From the human T2T-CHM13v2.0 reference genome, Homo sapiens, in the NCBI RefSeq assembly GCF_009914755.1, contig NC_060928.1: a stretch of DNA of 64,000 nucleotides; one strand, given 5' to 3'. Of the stretch, positions 27,901-41,740 are shown piece by piece (position 1 is the stretch's first letter; every line of letters starts with the position of its first letter). The notes beneath the pieces were generated by a model, which made no database searches, was not told where the DNA came from, and was given only the letters and a program-made list of their open reading frames with translations. The position numbers and the translations under genes are program-made.

Positions 27901-30551
27901 ACCTTTAAGTAGAAGGCAGAGCCTTTCTCAACATGCTACACCATTAAAATGTCACATGTTCCTTTTTTGAGAGGTAGGGAGAACACTTTAGGGAGAAATT
28001 GTCTCTTCTTCAGAGATGTGGCTGGCAAAAAAGCAAAGGGAAGTCGGGACACTTTCCAAAAAAGCAAGCTACGTAGGGCGCAGACTGCGGGCAAGACAAA
28101 AGACCTCTCCAGCCATCCTGAAACATTAAACCCAATTTCCTTATCCCCAGCAGGTATCTGGCACAACTCGCATCATTACAATTTTCTAGTGTACTGAGCT
28201 GGGGAAATGTTTCCAAAGGAAACTGAGTAGTTACCAAAGGAAGAGTTGAAGACACTTTGCCAATTCTCTTTTCTTAAGGACTTAGTAACTCAGACTTTTT
28301 AAGGTAGGAAAGATTTTGCCTTTTGAAAATAACTAGAGTTTTTGCTACCTTGACAATTTTAAGCAACACTGAAAGAACCGTGGAGGTTGTATAAACCATT
28401 TGAATTTTTCCGTCATAGACCTAATAATCAGGACTCTGGAATGGATTTCATCTTTTCTTATCAAAAGGGCTGCTCTCATGCTCAATCAGCTATTCTGTTT
28501 CTTTTCAAAACCGATTTTGTGTTAGCCATGGGGAGTCAGGCAGTGGATTGTCTAAATACTTTTATACAGAAACAAAAATTCATGCTTGATGTTCAGGTCA
28601 GTTTTACAGAGTTGTAATTTAGAGGCATTCAAGGGAGTTTAATGGAGAAGGAAACCAGTCAATATTTTATTCAATCCAAACATGAACCAACATTATTAAG
28701 TCGAGGAATCTTTCTGCTGAGAAAATAATGTCACAAAGGTTCAGTCAATCTCTGGGAGAGGAAGGAGGGTTCATAAAAGACTGCACAGTTTACATGTGTT
28801 GTGGGAATTTAAATTTTAGTAATTCTTGATGCAGAATTGGACCTGTGGAATTAGTCCCATTTTACCTCCATAGGAAGTGTTCAAGCCAGCTTTCTAAGCA
28901 GATTTCAAATTCTGCGTTTAATTACATTTCCTAAAACCCTTAGTTTGCACACACAGCCCATGCTACTCTGGCTCCGATGTCCTTTTCAGTTGCTGGTTGG
29001 CCCTTCTTCATCAGGAGCCCTGTTCTCGACTAAAACCCAGCTCCACGCTGCTCCCATCCTGCTAGGCATGGTCATGATCATCCCAATGCCTGCAATGCCC
29101 CCTCTCTGTCCAGGGAATGCTTTCTGATCTTTAAATTCCTGAATCAAATATCACCTTCCCCCTTTTCGCTCCTCTTATGCTGCCTAACAAGCTTAATTAT
29201 TCTTATTTCTCTGTTTTACCTTTGCTATCACCTTATTGCCATTTATCATGGTGGCTCATTTTACCTTTTTTTTTTCTTTTCCTTGATTACAAGCTCTTTG
29301 AGGATCTTTTTTTTTTTTCTTTCCTGCCTGGTCAGTGTTCAATACTTACTGAGTGACTGAATAAATATATATATTAGATAATGCAATTACTATGGATTTT
29401 AAAATCTAAGATCAAATTATTACATTTGTTGTATAATCAGATATTTTCTTTGAAAAGTTATTCTTTCTCCAACCAGTAACTCCTCTGAGCAAGTGGTGCA
29501 AGCACTGCCTAACTTCTTGAGCGTAGAGTATGAGGAGAAGGAGCAGTTGGGTACCCACAATTGTCAGGATACCAATAATCTGAATTGTGGGTAAAAAAAT
29601 TATTCTTTACAGCTATGCTTTTGGATTCATGGCAAGTTGATGTTCACAGGGTTAACTGAAAATAAATGTCTACTGCTGTTGTGCACTGTAAATTGGGTGC
29701 AAGTTATATGGCCTCCACTGTTCAAGATATATGATGAGTCGATTTCTAATGATTGCAATACCTCATGAGATACCTTACCCACTCAGTTTTAGAGATAGGA
29801 AATTTGAGGTTCAGAGGTGTCAAAATGATGTCTCCAATACCAAATAGCTAAGTAAATGTTGAAACTAAAAGGGGAGCCCCCTGCCAAAGACATCCTATGA
29901 GTAGCAATAGAATAGCCAGAAGGGCAGAGTATTGGGGTGGTGGTGGTGGTATCAGTTCTCATGATTTTAACCCAAAATGACAGTCTAAGAAGGAAAGTTA
30001 GCATAGAATATTCTGGTAGATATCATGAAACTCCCACTCCAACTTATCAGAAGAAAAGCAGCCCTTTTCAGAAGCAGCCGACTCTAGCCCTTGGTATGTC
30101 TTGTCAGTGGACTGGCTCAGATCTCATAATAGTGCCATCCCTTGGGGGACTTTTTGGAAGCTGCAAACCTCCCGACAGAAGCGCTGTCTAATGAGAGCCT
30201 CATTCCTCCAAGTGCTAAGGGCAAGAGTCTGGGCAGAAGGATGTGTGTAGTGCTGTTGTGAGAGAACTGGTTGGTACTGACACCTGAAAAATCTCCACTA
30301 GCTTTTCTGCAAATTATAACATTAATATGCTTGAGTTCAGCCATTGGGAAATTAAACCTAATGTACTATAGATAAAAGATTGTAGGCCTTATTCAAAATA
30401 AGATTCAGAATTAAAGAAGACTATGCATGGTACCTCCAGAAACACTATGTATAATATTAAGTATTCCAGAATAATCATAAGAATGCAACTAACATTTTTG
30501 GATATTTACATGTGACAGGCACTATGCTAGTCATTCTATATATATTATCTC

Positions 30552-30790
30552 TTTTTTTTTTTTTTTTTTTTTTGAGATGGAGTTGACTCACCACAACCTC
30601 TGCCTCCTGAGTTCAAGCGATTCTCCTGCCTCAGCCTTCTGAGTAGCTGGGGTTACAGGCATGCACCACCACATACAGCTAATTTTGTATTTTTAGTAGA
30701 GACAGGGTTTCTCCATGTTGGTCAGGCTGGTTTTGAACTCTCGACCTCCCAAAGTGCTGGGATTACAGGCGTGAGCCACAGCGCCTGGCC
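30552..30790 (-). mobile_element. AluSp/Sq-like element with two internal deletions, inserted in MIR
   Basis: ctccatgttggtcagg diagnostic; TSD tatattatctc / tatgttatctc. Confidence 0.9.
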
Positions 30791-31216
30791 TTATGTTATC
30801 TCACTTAATCCTCACGAAGAACTTATGATATACACAAACACTATCATTATCTCGTTTTACGGATGAGATAACAAAGTTACACTGTTAATAACTAACAGAA
30901 CTAGCACACAAACTATATTATGCTGATCTACTCATTTTCCATTCAAATTAATTGAGGACTGAAGACCCAAAGATGAAGGGACACAACATCTGCTCCCACA
31001 GTATGATAGGGAAATGAATAAAACAAACCAATTGTTCAATGGAACTATGGCACTATGGCATAAGAGAGAGGCAGAAATGGTCTGGTAGGCTAGGGGTGGG
31101 CAGGGGGGATTTCGGAGATATCTGAGACTTGGAATAATAAAAGGAGTTTCTAAGGTAGAAGAATCAAATTATAAAACTGGCAAAAGAACATAGCATATGC
31201 TCAGAGAATGATGGGT

Positions 31217-34200
31217 TGTTATAGTTTGAATGGATGAGGTCCCTCCAAAATTCATATGTTGGACCTGAATAATCAATGTGATAATATTAAGAGATGTGGC
31301 CTTTTGAGAAGTGATTATGTCATGAGTGCTTCGCCTCATTAATGGGATTAGTGCTGTTACATGAGAGGTTGAAGGAAGCACTCTAGGACCTTCAGCTCTT
31401 CCACCCCTTCTACCATGTGAGGACACAGCATTCATCCCTTCTGGAGGATGCACTTCCAAAGTGCCACCTTGGAAGCAGAGAGCAAGCCCTTACCAGACAC
31501 TGAATGTCAGAGCCTTGATCTTGGACTTGCCAGCCTCCAGAACTGTGATAAATAAATTTCTATTATTGATAAGTTACCTAGTCTCAGGCATTTTGTTATA
31601 GCACCAGGAACTGCTGGTACCAAGCAGTGGGGTGTTGCTGTTAACAAATATATAAAATTGTGGAACAAGATAATGCAGAGAGGCTGGTAGATTTTGGAAC
31701 CGAATGCTAGAAAAAGTCTCTATTCCTGTGAATAAAGCATTAAGGCAGTTCTGGTGATAACTCAAAAGAGAACAGCTGTAGGGGAAGCCTTAATCTTACA
31801 GACTACTTAAGTGGTTGTGATCAGAATGCTGATACAAATATGGATGGTAAAGGCAATTCTGATGAGGCCTTAGATGGAAATGAGGAACGAGGGATTGTAA
31901 ACTGGAGAAAAAGCCATCCTGTTTATAAAGTGGCAAATAACTTGGCTGAATTGTCTGTGTCTTAGTGCTTAGTCAGAAGCTGTGAGCAATGAACTAGAGT
32001 ATTTGGTGGAAGAAACTGCTAAGCAAAATATTGAGGGTATGGAACAGCTTCTCTTGACTGCGTATAGAAAACTGTGTGTGAGAGAAACAAATTAAAGATG
32101 GAATTTATACTCAAAAGGCAAAAAGAACTCAAAAGATTTGGAAAATTCCCAGCCTGGCCAGATTGTAAAGAATAAAAAGGTGTGTTCAGGAGGGAACACC
32201 AGGGTGTGATCAAGTGATATTTGATAAGATTAGTGTGGATAGAAGGAAGCCAGATGCAATTCAGCAAGACAATGGAAGAATGACCCTGAAGGCATTTCAG
32301 AGAGCTTTGAGGGTGCTCCTCCCATCACAGGCCCAGAATGCCAGGGCCTTGAGAGCAGAATGGGTTCAAAGGATGGGGGCCAAGGTCCCTGTGGGACTTT
32401 GAGGCTTACTACCCAGGGCCAACTCAATTTCTGCTCCACCCATTCCAGTGCAGTGCTCTTTGGCTGCTCCAGCATGGCTCAAACAGGTACAGGTTTAATG
32501 CAGGACACTGCTCCAGAAAGCACAGGCAGTAAATCTTGGCAGCACCCACCTGGTGCTAACTGCTGGTGCACAGAGTGCCCAAGCTGTGGAGGCATAGCTA
32601 CCTCCACCTAGGTTTCAAAGGATGCCTTGGAGAGCCTCATAGCCCAAGCAGAGAACTGCCACAGTGGTGGGGCCACCTCACAGAGCCTCTACTAGGGTAA
32701 TGCCTGATAGAGCTATGGAGTATTCCACCCATGAGAGCTGCTGTGAGGGCTGTGCCCAACTAAGCCATGGACGGGTCTTCCCTGGGTTTTGGGTCCCAAC
32801 CCCCACTCAGTATGTCAAGAAGGCAGGACATGGAGTCAAAGAAGATTATTATCACGCCTCAGAGGTGAATGTCGTTTGCCTTGTCGGGTTTAAATTTACT
32901 TGTGAATTATTACCCCTTTCTTCTTTCCTATTTCTCCCTTTTGTGATGGAAATACCTGCCCTGTGCTTGTTCCACCCTTGTATTTTGTAAGCATTTAACT
33001 TGCTGGATGTCACAGATTCACAGCTGGACAACAATTTGCTTCAGAATGAATTGTACCTTGAGTCTCATCCATATCCGAGTTAGATCATATTTACAGGAGA
33101 CTCTGGACATTATTTTTATTTTTTCCTTAAATAGTGTTTGAGGTACAGGTGGTTTTTTGTTACATGGATAAGCTCTTTTGTGGTGATTTCTGAGATTTTG
33201 GTGCACCTGTTACCTGAGCAGTGTACACTGTACTCAATATGTAGCCTTTGATCTCTCACCCCCTCCCACCCTTTCCCCACAAGCCCCCAAAGTCCATTGT
33301 ATCACTCTTGTGCCTTTGCCTCCTCATAGCTTAGCTCCCATTTATAAGTGAGAACATACAATATTTGGTTTGCCATTTCTGAGTTACTTTACCTAGAAAA
33401 ATGGCCTCCAACTCCATTCAAATTGCTGCAAAAGACATTTTTCATTCCATTTTAGGGCTGAGTAGTATTTCATGGTGTGTGTGTATGTGTGTGTGTGTGT
33501 GTGTATCTATGTATCTCTCTCTCTCTCTCACACACACACATTTTCTTTATCCACTTGTTTGATGGGCACTTACGGTTCCACATCTTTGCAACTGCAAATT
33601 GTGCTGCTATAAACATGCGTGTGCATGTGTCTTTTTCATAGAGAATTCATGACTAAGACCCCCAAATCAAATGCAACAAAAATAAAAATAAATAAATGGG
33701 ATCTCATTAAACTAAAAAGCTTCTACACAGCAAAAGAAATTATCAGCAAAGTAAAGAGAAAACCCACAGAGTGGGAGAAAATATTTGGAAACTATACATC
33801 CAATAAAGGACTAATATCCAGAATCTACAAGAAACTCAAACAAATCAGCAAGAAAAAAACAAATAATCCCATCAAAAAGCAGGCCAAGGACATGAATAGA
33901 CAATTCTCAAAAGAAAATATACAAACAAATGGCCAACACACATATGGAAACATATTCAACATCACTAATTATCAGGGAAATGCAGACTAAAACCACAATG
34001 AGATACCACCTTACTCTTGCAAGAATGGCCATAATTAAGAAGTCAAAAAACAATAGATGTTGGTTGGTGAGGATTGGTGAAAAGGGAATACTTTTACACA
34101 GCTGGTGGGAATGTAAACTAGCATAACCACTGTGGAAAACAATACGAAGATTCCTTAGAGAACTTAAGGTAGAACTACCATTCAATCCAGCAATCCCACC

Positions 34201-34830
34201 ACTGGGTATCTACCCAGAGGAAAGGAGTCATTTTGTGATAAAAGAGACTCTGAACTTTAGAATTTTGAGTTGTCGCTGGAACAAGTTACAATCTTTGAGG
34301 CTACTGGGATACAAAGAAACAATGCATTTCGCATGTGAGAAAAACATGAATTTTCACGGGGCCAGGGGTGGAATATTATTGTTTGAATATATATGTTCCT
34401 CCAAAATTTATATGTCAGAACCTAATACCCAGTGTGTTGGTATTAAGAGGTGGGACCTTTTGAGAAGTGATTAAGTCATGAGTGGTCCACCCTCAGGAAT
34501 AGGGTTACTACTCTCATAAAAGAGGTTGAAAGGAGTGCCCTAGGCCCTTTTTCCCTTCTATGTCTTCTACCATGGGATGACACATAATTTTTCCCCTCCG
34601 GAGGATGCAGCAACAAGGTACCTTCTTAAAAATAGATAGAGAGCAGCGTTCACCAGACACTTGATCTGCCAGTGCTTTGATCTTCAACTTCCCAGCCTCT
34701 AGAACTGTATAGTCTGTTCCTGCTGCTATAACAAAATACTTTAGACTGAGTAATTTATAAACAATAGAAATAAATTATGGTTTACCCAGTCTAAAGTATT
34801 TTGTTATAGCATCAGGAACAGACTGAAAAA
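31217..34830 (+). mobile_element. MST (MSTD-like) MaLR provirus: 5' LTR 31217-~31606, internal region, 3' LTR 34374-34830
   Basis: Two homologous direct LTRs (cctccaaaatt.atatgt; ccttttgagaagtgatta.gtcatgagtg); purine-rich tract before the 3' LTR; TSD tgggt / tggat. Confidence 0.9.
33112..34243 (-). mobile_element. L1PB-like 5'-truncated element with 5' inversion
   Basis: Minus-strand 3' end at 33112-33640 joined to plus-strand ORF2 C-terminal segment 33641-34243 ([17 protein letters not shown]); TSD gagactctggacatt / gagactctgaacttt. Confidence 0.92.
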
Positions 34831-35036
34831 TGGATACTATGTCCTGTATGACTGGCGCATAGAATGTGAAACAGAGAGTGACAGGGCATCAGAGTGGAAT
34901 ATGGGAAAAGGCCAAATCCTGAAGGTCCTTGTATGTAATGCAAATGAAATAAAATTTTATTTAAATAAAAGGATAGGGAGCCATTGAAGAATGTAAGTAG
35001 AGTTGGTATCAATAGCGTTGCTATTTATGATGATCA

Positions 35037-35406
35037 TGTTATGGAGTGAATGAGTGTGTGTGTCCCCTAACAGTCATAGGTTGAAATTCTAACCCCCAAT
35101 GTGCTGGGGTTATGAAGTGGGACCTTTGGGAGGTCATTAGGTCATGAGGGTGTAGCCCTCATGAATGGGATTAGTGCAGTTATAAAAAGACACAAGAAAG
35201 CTTGCTTTCTCTCTCTGCTCTTCACCACATGAGGCTACAAGGAGAAGCAAACAATCTGAACCAGGAAGCAGGTTCTTACCAGACATAGGATCTGCTGGAA
35301 ACTTGATCTTGGATTTCTCAGCCTCCAGAACTATGATCAATAAATTTGTTGTTTAAGCCACCCACTCCATAGTATTCTTTTATAGCAGTCCAAACTTACA
35401 AAAATA
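35037..35406 (+). mobile_element. MLT1A-like solo LTR in L2
   Basis: ttaggtcatgagggtgtagccctcatgaatgggattagtgc; TSD gatca / tatca. Confidence 0.88.
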
Positions 35407-35549
35407 TATCACTTTGATGGAGTGTAGTGAATGGACTGATAATGGTGAGACTAGAAATAAGGAAGCTAATGGAGATATTGCAATAGTCAAAGCCTTAAAA
35501 TTGAGTGGGAGGAGTCGGAATGGAAAGCAAATAATAAATTCCAGAGTAT

Positions 35550-35790
35550 GGGTAGCATAGAATAGTGGCTAAGAATATGGCTTCTGGGCTGGCTACTTAA
35601 GCTTGAACCCCAGCACTGCTACGTCCTAGCTATGTGTTCTTTGGGAACACCATTAGCTTCTGTGTTTGAGTTTCCTCATCTATAAAATTCATAATAATGG
35701 TATCTACCTCATAGTGTTGTTGTGTATATTAACATGACATTTGAACATGTTGCTGAATATTACCGTACAGTTATGCACTTTATGTGATGT
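35550..35790 (+). mobile_element. MIR
   Basis: agtttcctcatctataaaatt...ataatggtatctacctcatag core. Confidence 0.8.
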
Positions 35791-36032
35791 GCCTAAGTGT
35801 CTAGCACAAAGACAGCATTATGCCAGAGGCATTTGTGTCTGTGTGTGTGTATGTGTGTATACAATCTATATATACTTTTTGCTCATCACAATGGGCAAAA
35901 TTATTTTTGTTATAAAATTGTATTCTAAAGTAAATTTAATTTACTTAAAATTATATTCAGGACAAGTAGGCACAAAAATTAGCCTGGTTTAGAATGACAA
36001 ATATGTATAAAAATTAAAAATGTGATTCTTTA

Positions 36033-36335
<303 letters not shown>

Positions 36336-36879
36336 TTATGTTTTTGAGGTCCTTTTAAAGTCCTATAGTTGCATGGTATAATGACTTTGGAGATAGAATG
36401 TTTCAGAATAGGTAACATTAAAGGATTGGCCCATGTAACTGGATTCTCATAATTGCTTTTTTTCTTTTTATTACTACTTAATACATATCCTAGATAACCC
36501 AGATAACTTGGTTTTGAAGAACTACTAAAACACAATTAAGTATTATCTTTTACCCTAAATGTGGTTAGACTCTCTGTTTAAAATTATTGATTTTTGGATC
36601 CCATATGCTCTGGAAATTTTAGTGTGTTTTAAAGCAAAATATAAGAGAATGTGAACCGAGGGATATTTTACTCTTTACAGCATGTTGAACCCAAACTCTC
36701 ACTAGTATCTCATCGTATTTCCCAAAGGTTTGCCAGGATAAACTTCAGAAGCAGACAGGGTGCCTTGGCTCAAGGATTTGAGAAATTTGGTCTTACTGAG
36801 AGAAAATAGAGTGAGTAAATAATTATTTTCAATAAAGGATTGACCTGGTCAATTTTACGTTTTTTTTTTTTTTTTTGTA

Positions 36880-38500
36880 AGATCTGATGTTGGGATGAGG
36901 AATAGATTGATCAGAAGATAGTTGTATGGAGACAATTAGAACATTCCTAACTACTTCATAAGAGAGATGATGTAGGCATGAGTTATGGCATGTAGGACTG
37001 GACTTAAGAGGAAGAGAAAGAACTGAGAAAGTGGTAGAAAAAAATCTCATAGAACTTGATGGCTGATTGAATTTGAATGACTAGGGAAAAGAAGGAGTCA
37101 AGAATGATCCCACATTTCTAGGCTGTGTAACCAGGTAGAGGATCATGAGCCCCAACTGACAGAGAATGTGGAAGAAAATGTAGCTTTGGGGTATGGAGAA
37201 CAGAACGTTTAGTTTTGGACATACTGAATTTCAAAGGTCTATGCCAGAGCTAGGCAGGCATGACCAGCAGATAATGGGACACACAGCTCCAGTGAGAGGT
37301 GTGGGCTGGAGATACTAATTTGAGATTTATTACCAGAGGTGGGAGATGAGTCATGAACATGGGTGTGCTCTTCTTAGGAGAATGCAAATTGCAGAGAATA
37401 ATTGGTCAAGAACAGAACCCTAAGGAACAGAAGTGCGTAAAGAATTTGTGTAGAAATGAAACCCTTGAAGATGAAAGAATTCTGGATTAGACATGTAGGA
37501 AGAACACCACGGAAACCAAGGGAGTTGACAATAGTTTTGGGGTAGAAGGGATCTATTTTATGTTGTGAAATGTCCAATTAGATAAATACTAAAAAGTTTC
37601 CATTACGTTTTTAAAATAGCAGACTTTTTTTTTTTTTGAAAACCCTCTTATTCAGAACAGGTTCAGTGGAATGTTAGGGGTAGAAGCCATATTGAAGACA
37701 GCTGAGAAACTAATCCTAGGTAAAGATGTGGAAATTGCAAGACCTCACTTTCAAAAAGTTTTGAGGAGAAGAGGAGAATGGCAATACTACTGTAGAGCAT
37801 ACTTTGGGAAACTCTGGGACCACCTGGGTCATACTTTGGGACCAGGAGAGGCATGTGCCTATTTATTGGCTGAGAGGAAGGAGCTTATAGAAAGTGAGCA
37901 GTTTAAGATACCATAGAGACTCCGGCCATTGTGGCTCACGTCTATAGTCCCAGCACTTTGGGAGGCAAAGGTGCAAGGATTGCTTGAGCCTAGGAGTTTG
38001 AGACTAGCCTGGGCAGCATAGTGAGACCCCCATCTCTAAAATTTTTTTTTTTTTTCCAAAATTTAGCCAGACATGGTGGCACACACCTGTAGTCCTAGCT
38101 ACTCGGGAGGTTGAGGTGGGAGGATGCTTGTGTCCAGGAGGTCAAGTCTGCAGTGCGACATGATCATGCCACTGTACTGCACTCCAGCCTGGACAACAGA
38201 GTGAGACCTTGTCTCAAAACAAACAAACAAACAAACAAACAAACAAACAAAAATACAAAAGAGAGAGTGATGGCTAAAGGAAAATGTATGGGAATGAAGA
38301 ACATTCTAGTACTCAGGTGCCTTAACTTTGACCCAGAAGAAATTTTTTTGTAATGAGAGCCTGGAAGAAAAGAGCAAAAGAAGTAATGGATACTATCATT
38401 GATAGAACTTTCAGCAGAGACGCAGAAATTTGTGGCTTATAACATTAGATGGCATCAATATTCCCCCTGAGATAGGAAACAAGGTCTTCTAAAAGTGAGA
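36880..38500 (-). mobile_element. L2, interrupted by AluJ
   Basis: ggagtcaagaatgatccc...ttagttttggacatactgaattt motifs. Confidence 0.7.
37921..38258 (+). mobile_element. AluJ with (CAAA)n tail
   Basis: aggattgcttgagcctagg J-type sequence; T-run in the linker. Confidence 0.92.
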
Positions 38501-38557
38501 AGGACAGATTATTTAATACAGGGGCTAAAGAGAAGCCCCTTCCTCTTGAATAAAGCC

Positions 38558-39270
38558 TGTGATAGATGATCTTCAAAGAGGACCACCATCAACTTCTTCT
38601 TCCCCTGGAAGCACACACTGCCACATCCCACATCAAGAGGTGGGATTTGTTTCCCCTTCTCTTGAAGCTGGGAAGACGTGTTATTGCCTTTGATCAACAG
38701 AATACAGCAGAAATAATGTTATGCCAGTTCCAGGCCTAGCTTTCTAAGCATAGTGGAGTTCCCCTTCTTCTCTCTTAGAAGCCAGCTACCATGAATAAGA
38801 AATTCAACTACTCTGAAATCACCAGGCTGTGAGAAAAGCTAAGCTAGCTGAATTAATTTGCTAGGACTGCCATGACAAAATACCATGGACTGGGTGGCTG
38901 AAACACCAGGAATTTATTTTCTCACAGCTCTAAGAGCAAGGCATGGACGGGATTGCTTTTCACTGAGGTCTCTCCCCTTGACTTGCAGATGACTAGCCTC
39001 TTGTTGCCTCTTCACATGGGAATGCACGTCTCTCTGGGAATGCACATCCCTGGTGTCTCTTTCTCTTCTTATGAAGACGCAAGTCATACCAGATTAGATC
39101 TCATCCTAAAGGCCTTATTTAACTTAAATGTCTCTTTGAAACCATTTTTCCAAACATGGTTACAGTCTGAGGTACTGGATGTTGGGACTTCAACATATGA
39201 ATTTTGAGGATGCAGAATTCAGCATCCAACACTAACCATGTACAGAGATCATGAGAGAGAGGGACAGGAC
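38558..39270 (+). mobile_element. MLT1H/G-like LTR containing a nested MLT1B-like LTR
   Basis: catcaagaggtggg...caacagaatacagcagaaat; resumes ctaaccatgtacagaga. Confidence 0.7.
38849..39231 (-). mobile_element. MLT1B-like solo LTR
   Basis: ctaggactgccatgacaaaatacca... terminus; TSD ctagc / ctaac. Confidence 0.8.
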
Positions 39271-39775
39271 AGATGGGCAATGTGGAGATTCATTGGTCAG
39301 CATTCTGAGCTTATATTTTCTCACATAATCATCCTTCACATAAGTCTCTTTAAGCACATAGAGCAAAGCTGTATCAATTTCATGCTGCAGTTACACCTTT
39401 CTATTTAGAATTCACAAAACAAAATTACCCATCCCCCTCAAAAAAAAAAAAACAAAGAAAATAACACATATACATCTTCTGATGGAACTAAATCTGATAT
39501 GTAAAATGACTCAAGAAAAATCCCCAGCTAGTGAGACTGTGCTACTCTCTATTAGGGTAATAAAATAACCTGCTAATATCACTGGCTTCTGATACAATTG
39601 TGATGTGTAATATATAGGCTGGGAGACCACTGTGGATATCTATTTTTCTCTCATTTTTCCTTATATAATTTGGGAAGTGGAAGGAATTGGAAACTACAAT
39701 TTCCTCATGCCTTCATAATAGATTCTGTACATCCTTTGGAAAGTCCACAAATCTAAAACTTTAAAAAGCTACAGG

Positions 39776-40074
<299 letters not shown>

Positions 40075-40760
40075 GCTACGGGAAGTAAAATGTTGTCAGT
40101 TTAATTCTATGAGAAGGTCCATATTGTGATAAGGGAATAATATTAAGTCATGTACAGAAGGCTGATACTCAGATACAATAGTGACCATCTACATTGCAGG
40201 GTGGATTTGAAGCTGTCCATTTCATCCCATCCTCTGCAATGGAATGGGAACTCCAACACCTTCTCCAAAGCTGAGTCGCTCACTCATTCTCTGTTATTCT
40301 CTTGGTTTTCTAAGCAGACTGTGTTCCAGTTTCCATTTCATTCTGTATTTTCTTATGCACATTGTTTGTTGAATTTTTATATCCACACAGAAATGCACAT
40401 CCCTACCTCCATACCTACACACATAAAAAATTTTTGATGTATGGATGCTGGATGCAAGGACTAAAGAATCAAAAGCCCTTGGAATAAGAGAGTACTGAGA
40501 GATAGGACAAACACATTTTTTCAATGTTCAGACTTGCTGGAAAGGAGAAAATACCCTAAAGAAAGTGTCAGAAACCCCCCTTTAGGCCTCTTTTGTTACT
40601 CTCTCTAGCTTTTCAATTGGGGACGTCAGTTTTGCTGGTGATGGCATAGGCAGGGCAAGGCAAAATTAATATAAAATTAGAGAAGATACGCTATAAACCG
40701 GCAGAGGTCCATCTTTAAACCATTGTGAACAGGCAGGGGTTCATCTTTAAACCATTGTGA

Positions 40761-41134
<374 letters not shown>

Positions 41135-41379
41135 CAGAAGCACACATTGTAAGAGATTCTGCCTTCTTTGCTTTCAGGCCACAAAAATAAGAGGTGGGGC
41201 CTGGTCCTTGTAGGATTTTTTTCTATAATATACTTTTAGTTTAGCTAGTATTATATTTCTGTGTACAATCCATTTCTGTTATTACCATGGTTACTACTAT
41301 TGTTTATTATCCTTGATAATCACTAGCTTGAACCACTGCGATAAGTTTGAAGCTGATTTAATAGCCTCTACTCTCATTC

Positions 41380-41740
41380 CTCTCACTCTGCTCTGTCAGA
41401 GTGATATTTCTTAAACATCAATGTGACCATATCTGTGGCTTGTCCTTTCGGTGATCTCATCCAGTCTCACGGAGATAAGTATGATATAGATGTTGGTGTC
41501 ATCAGTATTTATTTCCCAGCCTGGACCTCTCCTCTGAACTCTAGATTTATATATATGCAACTACTTACTCCATAGCTCTCTTTGGATGTCTAAGAGACAT
41601 CCTAACTCTCCAAGCAAGATGAGGCTCCTGATCTTCCTCTCTAAATGTCATCCTCCCTCCCTCAGTTCTCCTTTCCCATTTCAGAATGTCAATCCATTCT
41701 TCTGAATGCTTTAGTCAAAAAGGTCAGAGTCATCTCTGAA
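41380..41740 (+). mobile_element. L2 fragment
   Basis: cccagcctggacctctcctctgaactctaga motif. Confidence 0.75.

Noticed and set aside
33619-34126. L1 ORF2 C-terminal ORFs
   Set aside because: Truncated, frameshifted piece of the inverted L1.
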